Below the pieces are notes generated by a model. That model was given only the letters and a program-made list of their open reading frames with translations, searched no databases and was not told where the DNA came from. A stretch of 64,000 nucleotides of DNA from positions 62,001-126,000 of the IMG/VR virus record IMGVR_UViG_3300032782_000001; one strand, written 5' to 3'. How positions within the stretch are numbered: the first letter of the stretch is position 1; each line of letters opens with the position of its first letter. This document shows positions 30,925-39,182 of this stretch, one piece after another. The position numbers were made by a program, and so were the translations under genes.

Positions 30925-31874
30925 GTCTTCCTACTCTAGTTAAAGGGTGGCAATTTAGTACAAATAATGTTATCCCTCCTCAGGGGTCCGCCACAGCGAA
31001 TGCTCAGCGCATGTGGCGTCTCATAACAACTCAACTTTTGGCTTTTGGAAGTGGAGCTCCTACGTGTCTAGGGTCCTCAGATCACGTCACGGCAGCTTTA
31101 GACAACGTCAATCGTTGGACGACTGACGGGGCTATCGTCGCCCAGTCACCAGGAGTGGCGCATTCTTGGATTGTTTTCCAAATGGCTGCAGGGTTCGGGA
31201 CCAACGTCCAATTTTGTATTGACCTCGGGTACAACAGTACGGTTCAGCCAGCCAACCTCATCATGTCGGTTTCTGCCGGATTTACTGGTGGAACCACCAC
31301 CAACCGTCCGACAGCTACTGACGAAGTTGTTTGCGCCAGCAACATCGGATTAGTTCTCAATAGTAATACACAAAATGTTTGGCACATGTGGTTATCAACG
31401 GACGGGTCAATTTTCCGCCTTTTCAATTTCAATGGCAATTCACAATCTGCTGTGATGATCTTGGAGAAGCCTGTATCGAGTTCGGCAGGATGGTCAATTC
31501 CTGCGATTGGAGCCATGTCTAATGATGTGAGCAGTTACGGTAACCTGTTTGGAAATACCAACTACAATATCACGGGCCGCGGGCCTTCCGGTACGATGCT
31601 CTTTGGACTCACTACTGAGTCTTATGGAGCCAGTGCGCTTGGTCAGGTTATGACTGCTGCTGATGGTATTGACGGCGGATTCCCATTTACATCCATAGGA
31701 ATCTATTCACCAACAGTTGGTATGACGGGAGAACACGGACGTCTTACGGACATATGGTTCGGGACTACCGTTGCTAATGACGGGGATACTTATCCCAACG
31801 ATGCTACGAAGCAATTCGTTACTATTGGAGATATCATTTTGCCGTGGGATGGTTCCACGCTGGTTACGACGTGA
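30921..31874 (+). CDS. probable virion structural (tail-associated) protein
   Basis: ATGA-coupled to the collagen gene; Gly/Thr/Ser-rich beta composition. Confidence 0.6.
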   Translation: MSLPTLVKGWQFSTNNVIPPQGSATANAQRMWRLITTQLLAFGSGAPTCLGSSDHVTAALDNVNRWTTDGAIVAQSPGVAHSWIVFQMAAGFGTNVQFCIDLGYNSTVQPANLIMSVSAGFTGGTTTNRPTATDEVVCASNIGLVLNSNTQNVWHMWLSTDGSIFRLFNFNGNSQSAVMILEKPVSSSAGWSIPAIGAMSNDVSSYGNLFGNTNYNITGRGPSGTMLFGLTTESYGASALGQVMTAADGIDGGFPFTSIGIYSPTVGMTGEHGRLTDIWFGTTVANDGDTYPNDATKQFVTIGDIILPWDGSTLVTT

Positions 31875-31877
31875 TTT

Positions 31878-32138
31878 ATGGCAACTCGTGACGCAAACAC
31901 ATACGACTTAGGGACGGTATTTGTAGCCCAAAAGGAACACTTACGAGTCGGATTCCTTGGATTCGCAAGCTCTTCTCCTTCCACAATGCACTTCAAAATG
32001 ATCGGTCAAAGTGCCGTCAATTCAGACCACGATACTTGGCTAGTTGTGGATTCACCTGACTTCACAGGAGCCCAATACACGGGACCTCTGGCGACGCCTT
32101 TACGGAATATTTCTATTGCAAGTAAGTGGACAGTGTAA
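31878..32138 (+). CDS. hypothetical protein
   Basis: in operon. Confidence 0.55.
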   Translation: MATRDANTYDLGTVFVAQKEHLRVGFLGFASSSPSTMHFKMIGQSAVNSDHDTWLVVDSPDFTGAQYTGPLATPLRNISIASKWTV

Positions 32139-32172
32139 CCTCGTAGGCATAGTCCGATTAGGAGGACCAGCC

Positions 32173-32973
32173 ATGTGTTGCACTCTCGCGCCCGCAGAGC
32201 TCAAGAATACCATTCTCTATGCCGCCGATGCGCGTGTGGACGGAAAGTACGTTCATGTCCTCGGCTACCAGAATCTGGCAACGAATCATTCGCCAGGTCC
32301 GAATGCCATGATTCTGCCGTTTCCGGCTTCTGCTCCCATGGGTCCAGATAATATTCTCGATGTTTCCGGCTGTCGCCGTATCCTCAAAGACATGGCTTAT
32401 TCTATCGCGGAAAGAAGTCGGGGCCTCACTAAGAGTGCGAGCACGCTCCGTTCAGCTCAAGTGTTTGAATCAGGGGCTTACACGATCGTTTTGGCTGAAG
32501 ATGCTTCAGACATTCCGGGTGCTCTCCATCGAGTTCCTGAAGCTAAGAGGCCGCCTTTGAATGCCGAAATTTTCGAGGCGTATTCCCAGTGGTACCCAAA
32601 TTGGCCTATTGCTCTATGCTGTTTCTCCAATCGAGCATCCCTAGATGCCGACCCAATCCTTTGGTGGTATGAACCGAAGGAAGAAAATTCATTATTCGCC
32701 CCTGCTCTAGATGCGCATGACGGACGTGCACCGAATCTTCGTCGCAATGTTGAAGTAGATCACACGTTGATTTATGGTTCTTGTGTCGATCCGCATGGAT
32801 CGAAGGTGCAATACCGAGATGAATTGCCGAATCGCGTCCGGTCTCTTCTTGCTCCCAGCATTATCGGTCGCACCGTCCGACAATCCATGCCAAATGGTGA
32901 TTTCACCATTTCCGTAGAAAAAGTCCGTAGTGCCAGGATGGGTTATTCCCGAATCGCACCGCCCGGCGCATGA
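32173..32973 (+). CDS. conserved hypothetical protein
   Basis: GGAGG SD; YQN..NAMILPFP and PALDAHDG blocks. Confidence 0.7.
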   Translation: MCCTLAPAELKNTILYAADARVDGKYVHVLGYQNLATNHSPGPNAMILPFPASAPMGPDNILDVSGCRRILKDMAYSIAERSRGLTKSASTLRSAQVFESGAYTIVLAEDASDIPGALHRVPEAKRPPLNAEIFEAYSQWYPNWPIALCCFSNRASLDADPILWWYEPKEENSLFAPALDAHDGRAPNLRRNVEVDHTLIYGSCVDPHGSKVQYRDELPNRVRSLLAPSIIGRTVRQSMPNGDFTISVEKVRSARMGYSRIAPPGA

Positions 32974-33204
32974 ATGCGTGGCCACGCTTGGAAGCTTCAT
33001 AGTTCAAAAACATCGGACGGTCAATCGCGGCTCAAAATGGATGACGAATATCCTTTTTGGAAATGTGACAGATGTGGTTCAGTTATCCGAGCTTATGTCA
33101 GAGACCCGATTTGGGCTTCTGCACGAGGAGTTCCTTCCCTAAAGAAAGAAGGGATTCTCCATGATTGCGATGAAGAAATGGTGCGGAAAGTTATGGAGTC
33201 GTAA
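32974..33204 (+). CDS. HxW-CxxCG protein with VMES tail
   Basis: HAW...CDRCG...DC; ends VRKVMES*. Confidence 0.65.
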   Translation: MRGHAWKLHSSKTSDGQSRLKMDDEYPFWKCDRCGSVIRAYVRDPIWASARGVPSLKKEGILHDCDEEMVRKVMES

Positions 33205-33233
33205 TTGAAATTGCGTCTTCTGCGGCGTAAACT
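33205..33233 (+). promoter_or_regulatory. sigma70-type promoter for a leaderless pncB transcript
   Basis: TTGAAA-17 nt-TAAACT-5 nt-ATG. Confidence 0.6.
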
Positions 33234-33238
33234 TCGGC

Positions 33239-34585
33239 ATGGACGCTTCTATTCACACGGATCTCTACCAACTCACGATGGTTGCCGGATACTTCCACCG
33301 GCAAATGACTGGTTCCATGGCGACATGTGAGATGTTCGTCCGAAGGCTCCCGGAGCGTCGAAAATATCTTGTCGTAATGGGTGTCTCTAAAGTCATCGAC
33401 TATTTGGAGAAGCTCCACTTCTCTGAAGAATCTACCAGCTATCTGAAACAAATCCCTGGTATCCGAGACGCCATGACTCCGGAGTTCGAGGATTTTCTCC
33501 GGGATTTCAAATTCACTGGAGACGTAGACGCGATGCTTGATGGGACCATTGCATTCGCCAATGAACCCATCATTCGGATTCGCGCTCCTCTTGCAGAAGC
33601 GCAACTTGTCGAGACTTTCATCCTCAGCACCATCAATCATGCTACTTCTGTAGCCACCAAAGCAGCTCGAATCGTGAAAGAAGCTGGTCATGCCCGTTGC
33701 GTGGAATTTGGAACTCGGCGGACGCATCCGGAAGCGGCGGTAGACGCGGCTTATGCTGCTTGTCGAGCTGGATTCGTCGGAACGTCCAATGTCGCGGCCG
33801 GCATGAAATACGGTCTAAATATCACTGGAACGGCTGCCCATATGTGGACGATGGCGCATTCGAGCGAAGAAGACGCGTTCCGGTCATATGCGGAAGTTTT
33901 TCCGAATTCTTGCATCTTGCTCATCGACACCTACGACACCGAGAAGGGCGCAGAGCGAGCTGCGAAGATTGCACGGGAAAAATTGGCGGGCGTCCGGTTG
34001 GACTCCGGCGATCTACTCGTCTTGAGCAGGGCTGTAAGGCAGATTCTAGACTCGCACGGTCTGCAAAAGACCGAAATTGTTGCATCTGGCGACTTAAACG
34101 AATATAAGATCCGGTCGTTGCGTGAAGCAGGAGCTCCCATCGACGTCTACGGCATCGGGACTGATCTCGTCGCCTGCATAGATGCTCCGGCCCTTGGTGG
34201 AGTATATAAACTCGTCGAACTCGATGGGCGTCCTACCGCGAAATTTTCGGAATATAAATCCACTCTCCCTGGACCCCACCAAGTCATCAGGATTCAAGAG
34301 AATGGACACCTTCGCCAAGATACGATCGTCCTTGAAGACGAAACGTTGGATTTTCTCGGTCCTCCTGGCGTCTCAGCGCTGCTCGAGCCTGTCATGAGGG
34401 CTGGATGCAAGACGATGGATGGTGAAATTACGGAAATCGTACAAAATCGCGTGCGTCTCGGGCTTGACTCTCTCCCTAAAGAAATCTTGGATATCGCGTG
34501 TCCATTCACTTGTGAATTCAAAGCGTCCATTTCCACTCGTTTGCAGAGCCTTCAGGATCGACTCCGGGCATCATTTCGGAAATGA
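33239..34585 (+). CDS. pncB: nicotinate phosphoribosyltransferase
   Basis: TDLYQLTM, EFGTRR, GTSNV, GTAAH, LIDTYDT, GVRLDSGD, SGDLNE, GIGT, GVYKLVE. Confidence 0.95.
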   Translation: MDASIHTDLYQLTMVAGYFHRQMTGSMATCEMFVRRLPERRKYLVVMGVSKVIDYLEKLHFSEESTSYLKQIPGIRDAMTPEFEDFLRDFKFTGDVDAMLDGTIAFANEPIIRIRAPLAEAQLVETFILSTINHATSVATKAARIVKEAGHARCVEFGTRRTHPEAAVDAAYAACRAGFVGTSNVAAGMKYGLNITGTAAHMWTMAHSSEEDAFRSYAEVFPNSCILLIDTYDTEKGAERAAKIAREKLAGVRLDSGDLLVLSRAVRQILDSHGLQKTEIVASGDLNEYKIRSLREAGAPIDVYGIGTDLVACIDAPALGGVYKLVELDGRPTAKFSEYKSTLPGPHQVIRIQENGHLRQDTIVLEDETLDFLGPPGVSALLEPVMRAGCKTMDGEITEIVQNRVRLGLDSLPKEILDIACPFTCEFKASISTRLQSLQDRLRASFRK

Positions 34586-34827
34586 GCACACTTTCGAAGA
34601 AAGATAGTAGGCCGATCACAGTCAACGAACGAAGCTATCGTTGGATGGTGAAGAAGACCGTAGATCGAGATACGGTGCGGCTCACGGTTCAAGACACGAC
34701 GACGGGAGAAACGCATCAAAGAGATGTTAGAGATCCGGAAGGTGGGGAACCGCCGCCCGTGACACCGTCAACCGTCAAAGAATTCATTCTCTTGCGTTTC
34801 CCGATTGAAAAATCTTCTCGGATGTAG
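34582..34827 (+). CDS. hypothetical protein
   Basis: ATGA-coupled to pncB. Confidence 0.6.
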   Translation: MSTLSKKDSRPITVNERSYRWMVKKTVDRDTVRLTVQDTTTGETHQRDVRDPEGGEPPPVTPSTVKEFILLRFPIEKSSRM

Positions 34828-34965
34828 AGTAGAACAGAACGACGGAGCGACTCACCCCTACGCGGCCCGACCGTCACCGCCTCAGTCCCATCGGTTGGCG
34901 TAGCATCCGATGGGACGTCCGATAAATTCGGACTTGTCGAGTGTAGATTCGTTGTTCGGGAATAC

Positions 34966-34994
34966 TTGACACACGTCATGGCGTGTGCTAAGCT
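34966..34994 (+). promoter_or_regulatory. sigma70 promoter heading the tRNA island, with an inverted repeat in the spacer
   Basis: TTGACA-17 nt-TAAGCT; CACACG-N6-CGTGTG dyad. Confidence 0.7.
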
Positions 34995-35341
34995 CCTTGT
35001 GAAGCCGTACTGAAGAAGGAAAACAGAGTTCAAGACATGTTGCGCTATAGCTCGATGCAGACCAGGCCAGTGGCGACGGAAACGTCGCAAGCGGCTTGGT
35101 GTGTCGTCGGTTCAAGCTTTGCGCATCAGCCGGGACTCATTCTCACCTCCAGCCGCAAGCCCGCCGCCCGCAATCTGGAGGATACGTAAGGCGGCCTTCT
35201 TTAGTTCTCCAACCGAGGAGAAAGAAGGCCGCCGGAGAGATCCTGGCGGCCTTCAACGTTTTGGGGTTCAAGAATCGACATGAGCAAGCGTCCTGATACA
35301 ATCCGAGAGAGCTATCGACTCTCACCGCTTCCAACCCTTAC

Positions 35342-35418
35342 GGGGTGAGCGCTGGGACGCAAGGAGCTCTGTAAAAGCACCGCCTCTGGCTAGCCGGGTT
35401 CGATTCCCGAGCACCCCA
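35342..35418 (+). tRNA. tRNA-Tyr(GTA), atypical
   Basis: GCT-CTGTAAA-AGC anticodon arm, variable arm, GGTTCGATTCC. Confidence 0.65.
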
Positions 35419-35490
35419 CTAAGAAAGTTCAACGAGGAAGACATGAAACGCAAGACCAAGCCCGGAAAAGCCGGGCCAAAACAGAAAGGA

Positions 35491-35565
35491 GAACCCGTAG
35501 TTCAGCGGTAGAACGACTGGCTTTTAACCAGTGCGCCGTGAGTTCGATCCTCACCGGGTTCACCA
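35491..35565 (+). tRNA. tRNA-Lys(TTT)
   Basis: cloverleaf, CCA. Confidence 0.9.
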
Positions 35566-35580
35566 GTCGTAAGACTGAAT

Positions 35581-35652
35581 GGATCCGTAGTTCAGAGGTA
35601 GAACAGCTGGCTCTTAACCAGCGTGTCGAGGGTTCGATTCCCTCCGGATCCT
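35581..35652 (+). tRNA. tRNA-Lys(CTT)
   Basis: cloverleaf. Confidence 0.9.
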
Positions 35653-35722
35653 CCGGGCCACGAAAGTGCCTGACGTGTCACATGCGTGCTTCTGCACGCC
35701 ACGGTTGAGAAGTGTTCATCAT

Positions 35723-35796
35723 TCGGGGTTAGGACAGTGGCAGTCCAGCGGTCTCTGACACCGCCAACGTGAGTTCGATTCTCACACCCCGGACCA
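35723..35796 (+). tRNA. tRNA-Gln(CTG)
   Basis: GCGGT-CTCTGAC-ACCGC, CCA. Confidence 0.85.
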
Positions 35797-36027
35797 AGCC
35801 CAGACAAAGGTGCAGGGCTTCGATCTCTGACAATCTAACGCAGAGCGATTGAGAAGGCTCAAGGCAGCTGGAAGTTGCCAAAAGTCTTCAAACCGGGAGC
35901 TTCATGCCGCAGCCAGGTGGAAGGTGTGGAGCTCCCGGGAACCGAACTCGTGTCGGTTCAGGTCTGAAAATAACCAACGGTGGGTCCCGAAAGGGTTAGC
36001 GGGTTCGACTCCCGCTTTCAGATCCAT

Positions 36028-36329
36028 TCCAGGATAGCCAAGCGGAAAGGCAGGTGGCTGTCGATAAGGCAGCGTCTTGGGGTGACCCAAGATGGAAAAT
36101 CGGGTGAATTCAAGGAACCCTAAACCGGAAGGTATGGGAACCCTGAGCCAAGCCGGTCGAGGACAAAAGTAGACCGGAAGGTGCAGAGACTAGGAGGTGA
36201 GCAGTCCAGCGATAAACTCCACTAGCGCCCGACGTCCCTCGAGGACGATGAGATAGTCCACGCCTTGAGGAAACTCAAGGGCTTCGTGTAACCACCCTAC
36301 CGCAGGTTCGAATCCTGCTCCTGGAGCCA
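36028..36329 (+). tRNA. tRNA-Asn(GTT) interrupted by a group I intron
   Basis: exons 36028-36061 and 36289-36329 join to GGTGG-CTGTTAA-CCACC; U1-A72, G73, CCA. Confidence 0.85.
36062..36288 (+). mobile_element. group I intron (no ORF) at anticodon position 35/36
   Basis: P1 GCTGT|C pairs with GGCAGC giving the U.G splice pair; core elements GAATTCAAGGAA, AACCCTGAGCCAAG, GTGCAGAGACT, GATAGTCC; terminal G. Confidence 0.88.
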
Positions 36330-36352
36330 TTACAAGCTCGGTAATGTCCTTC

Positions 36353-36886
36353 ATGGACAAAGCCGAGAAACGTCGGAGGACCGCAATCCTCGTCACTGAT
36401 TTTCGACGTCGAATCAAGGAGAAAGCTGTCTCCTATAAAGGTGGTCAGTGCCAGAAATGCGGATACGACAAATGCGTGGCCGCTCTCAGTTTCCACCATC
36501 GTGATCCGAAAGAAAAGGAGTTCCGGCTCTCTTCAGGAAGGACTAAGAATTGGGAGAAGGTCAAGAAGGAGCTCGACAAATGCGATCTCCTTTGCGCGAA
36601 TTGTCACATGGAAGTCCATGATCAGTGGAAGCGAGAGGCTCGGGAACAGCACGAAGCGGAAATCGTTTCTCGTCGCCGCCGGCCAAAGACTTCTCGGGTT
36701 CATAAAGCTCCGGTGATTCGACCCTGGCCTGAATCCGACGAACTGCGGCATCTCGTAGAGACTACTCCGATCACTCATATTGCAAAAATGGTGGGGGTGT
36801 CCGATAAAGCAGTGCTGAAGCGATGTAAGAAGCTTGACATCGCGACTCACCCCGCAGGATTTTGGGCCCGTAAAAAGGCCGCTTGA
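36353..36886 (+). CDS. HNH endonuclease with C-terminal HTH
   Basis: CQKCGY..ALSFHHRDP..KCDLLCANCH. Confidence 0.85.
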   Translation: MDKAEKRRRTAILVTDFRRRIKEKAVSYKGGQCQKCGYDKCVAALSFHHRDPKEKEFRLSSGRTKNWEKVKKELDKCDLLCANCHMEVHDQWKREAREQHEAEIVSRRRRPKTSRVHKAPVIRPWPESDELRHLVETTPITHIAKMVGVSDKAVLKRCKKLDIATHPAGFWARKKAA

Positions 36887-36888
36887 AT

Positions 36889-36963
36889 GGTGACGAAGCT
36901 CAATGGTAGAGCAGCAAGTTGTTAACTTGTCGGAAGAAGGTTCGATTCCTTCCGTCATCGCCA
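36889..36963 (+). tRNA. tRNA-Asn(GTT)
   Basis: CAAG-TTGTTAA-CTTG, GCCA end. Confidence 0.85.
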
Positions 36964-37091
36964 TTGTTTAGGTGCCAGACCTCGAATCTGGAATACTTAA
37001 ACAGGGTAAGTGGAACCCAAACCCGTAGAAGCTCCGAAAATCAGATGCTGTTTGGTGTAAAAAGTTTTAGAGCAACTACGGGCCACTTCAC

Positions 37092-37165
37092 GCCGGCTTA
37101 GTTCTCGCGGGAGAACCCCTGTTTCGTAATCAGGTGAGAGCGGTTCGACTCCGCTAGCCGGCTCC
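37092..37165 (+). tRNA. tRNA-Thr(CGT)
   Basis: cloverleaf, GCCGGCT acceptor. Confidence 0.8.
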
Positions 37166-37209
37166 GGTGCAAATCTGCAGTTGTCAACTGTAGAGTGGCA
37201 TCGACAATT

Positions 37210-37334
37210 GGGGATCTTGGGTAATGGTAACCCACTCAGTGTGAAAACTGATCCGGCATCGCACCTCGCCTTTGAAAGAAGGCACCAAGCGGTTCCTACA
37301 AGCTATCCTCGTTCGAATCGAGGGATCCCCACCA
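37210..37334 (+). ncRNA. tRNA-mimic RNA 1 (conserved module inserted in the variable region)
   Basis: acceptor, D and T arms plus ACCA, with CCGGCATCGCACCTC-hairpin-GCGGTTCCTACAAGC insert. Confidence 0.8.
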
Positions 37335-37367
37335 GGCACTCACAAGCCTAGAATTGTGAGAAAGTAT

Positions 37368-37494
37368 GGGGAAGAAGGGCACGGCGCCCAGTCCGCTGTT
37401 AACGGAACAAACCCGGCATCGCACCTCGCTCTTGAAAGAGAGCATCAAGCGGTTCCTACAAGCTAATCAGGTTCGACTCCTGACTTCCCCGCCA
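37368..37494 (+). ncRNA. tRNA-mimic RNA 2 (GTT loop)
   Basis: same insert; GGGGAAG/CTTCCCC acceptor, GCCA. Confidence 0.8.
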
Positions 37495-37523
37495 GCCGGT
37501 TACGGGCTTTAAACGTGACGAAT

Positions 37524-37656
37524 GAGGGACAAGGGCACGGCGCCCACCAGCCATCCAAGCTGGCCGCAAGGCACAACTCGGCATCGCACCTCGCTTTCGC
37601 AAGGAAGCACTCAGCGGTTCCTACAAGCATACCAGGTTCGACTCCTGGGTCCCTCT
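37524..37656 (+). ncRNA. tRNA-mimic RNA 3 (TCC loop)
   Basis: same insert; GAGGGAC/GTCCCTC acceptor. Confidence 0.8.
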
Positions 37657-37691
37657 CGAAGCCTTGGTCACAGGCTTTAAACGTGATGAAT

Positions 37692-37827
37692 GAGGAAGAA
37701 GGGCATGGCGCCCACCCGGTCAATAAAACCGGTGCCTAAAAAGCACCCGGCATCGCACCTCGCTTTCGCAAGGAAGCACCAAGCGGTTCCTACAAGCAAA
37801 GTTGGTTCGAATCCAGCCTTCCTCACC
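37692..37827 (+). ncRNA. tRNA-mimic RNA 4
   Basis: same insert; GAGGAAG/CTTCCTC acceptor. Confidence 0.8.
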
Positions 37828-37950
37828 GAGACGTCCATTACGTGCTGCTTACAAGCAAAATGCTCAACGGTAGAGCATCTGATCGGAACTCAGAGAGAAG
37901 TGGGTTCAACTCCCACTTTGCAAAAATCAGCAGCGCAACTCGGACGTCTC
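37828..37950 (+). ncRNA. tRNA-mimic RNA 5 (module extends the acceptor stem)
   Basis: GAGACGTCC/GGACGTCTC ends, GCTGCT/AGCAGC stem, TACAAGC, then D, anticodon-like and T arms. Confidence 0.7.
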
Positions 37951-37989
37951 AAACCTTTTGGCCGATCATGAATCGGTCTGACAGATTAC

Positions 37990-38111
37990 GGGGAAATTGG
38001 GCACGGCGCCCGCCACCTTGAACAAGTGGTTGAATCCGGCACTGCATCTCGGTCCTGTAAGGGATCAATCAGCAGTTCCCACAAGCGAGGTTCGACTCCT
38101 CTTTTCCCCCA
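37990..38111 (+). ncRNA. tRNA-mimic RNA 6 (covariant module)
   Basis: CCGGCACTGCATCTC-GGTCCT/GGGATC-GCAGTTCCCACAAGC insert. Confidence 0.75.
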
Positions 38112-38116
38112 ATTTC

Positions 38117-38190
38117 GGCCCCATCATCTAGTGGTCAGGATCCCGGCTTTTCAACCCGGGTAGGAGAGTTCAATTCTCTCTGGGGTCACC
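38117..38190 (+). tRNA. tRNA-Glu(TTC)
   Basis: cloverleaf, TTTTCAA loop. Confidence 0.8.
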
Positions 38191-38316
38191 GCAGTTGCCA
38201 GAGGCGCATCTGAGCGCTTCGTACCAGCTTGGACTGGTGGTAGCCGCATTTCATGACAGGCCGGCCCGTTGGGCGACGAGGCGCATGAAGGTCAGTCCCA
38301 CCAAACGGGGCGTTTC

Positions 38317-38393
38317 GGGCTCTGAGCTAGTCTGGTGATACAGCGTCCGCCTGAAGAGCGGAAGAACTCGGTTCGATTCCGAGAGAGCCCACC
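38317..38393 (+). tRNA. tRNA-Phe(GAA)
   Basis: TCCGC-CTGAAGA-GCGGA. Confidence 0.85.
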
Positions 38394-38554
38394 GATCGCG
38401 TCCATCAGCTGGATCTAACAAGCAAATTCCCGGTTCGACTCCGGGCTCCCCGACTAGATCTCCGGATCTAAACCTCGGGGAGTGGCGGAACGGTAGACGC
38501 ACCCGTATAGGAACGGGCCGAAAGGCACTTCAGCTTCAGCACTCGGACGCGATC
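38394..38554 (+). ncRNA. tRNA-mimic RNA 7, circularly permuted (YrlA Y-RNA-like topology)
   Basis: terminal stem GATCGCGTCC/GGACGCGATC; ACAAGC, then T arm, closed acceptor stem CTCCCCGA/TCGGGGAG, D arm, anticodon-like arm. Confidence 0.8.
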
Positions 38555-38562
38555 AAACATTT

Positions 38563-38638
38563 CGGGGAGTAGCTCAGTCTGGTAGAGCACGAGCTTTGGG
38601 TGCTCGTTGTCGCAGGTTCAATTCCTGTCTCCCCGACC
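38563..38638 (+). tRNA. tRNA-Pro(TGG)
   Basis: cloverleaf. Confidence 0.9.
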
Positions 38639-38651
38639 GTAGTGTAATGCC

Positions 38652-38927
38652 ATGGACCCTTTTGCGTTGTGGGTAAAAGGAGCCATTCTTCACAGACTCT
38701 CCGTGGTACATCCCGGTGGAATTCGCCCAGAAGTGCGAATCATGAAGGGGTATGAACAATTCGTAGCCTCCTGTAAAGATTGCAATTGGAGGTCTACAAT
38801 CTCTCGTGTTGGAACAGTCGACGATCTCGAATTTGTACAAGGGTTTGTCAACTCGACCGAATCCGCGGGGATCCTCACAGACAGATTCATGAAGGAATTT
38901 CTCGTCTTTTCGGTAATGGCGAGTTGA
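38652..38927 (+). CDS. CxxC protein with VMAS tail
   Basis: CKDC; ends FLVFSVMAS*. Confidence 0.6.
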   Translation: MDPFALWVKGAILHRLSVVHPGGIRPEVRIMKGYEQFVASCKDCNWRSTISRVGTVDDLEFVQGFVNSTESAGILTDRFMKEFLVFSVMAS

Positions 38928-39104
38928 AGAGGAAATCATGGACTGGGTGGAAAAAGAAACAGAAATCGTCCTTCGGAATATCCGAAGGAATTGGAACGGA
39001 TCCTGGGTTCCTCGAATTGAACAAAAGCTTCGGGAGCGAATCCGAAAGGAGCTCCAGTCAAAAGCAGAGAAAGGGTTGAAAGTAGTATATCAACCTTCAG
39101 ACAT

Positions 39105-39181
39105 GGTGGTATGACTCAGCTGGTGAAGAGGGTGCTCTGTGACAGCATTTTCGGCGGGTTCGATCCCCGTATACCACCCCA
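39105..39181 (+). tRNA. tRNA-His(GTG)
   Basis: G-1:C73, CTGTGAC loop, CCA. Confidence 0.85.
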
Positions 39182-39182
39182 T

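Noticed and set aside
35262-35335. tmRNA (GGGG...TCGAC start and a CCA-like end)
   Set aside because: Too short, no matching Ala acceptor with G3.U70, and no tag reading frame found.
35893-35940. SRP RNA-like hairpin (also CCGGAAGGCAGC near 52940)
   Set aside because: The CAGG / GGAA / AGCAG elements are not in the SRP order or spacing.
36028-36329. Reading the intron-containing tRNA as Thr(TGT), with the intron after U33
   Set aside because: The P1 U.G pair places the splice site after GT, and U1-A72 with G73 fits Asn rather than Thr.
37252-37800. CRISPR array suggested by the repeated CCGGCATCGCACCTC...GCGGTTCCTACAAGC
   Set aside because: The repeats are bipartite with a variable internal hairpin, sit inside tRNA-like bodies, show compensatory changes, and no cas genes are present.
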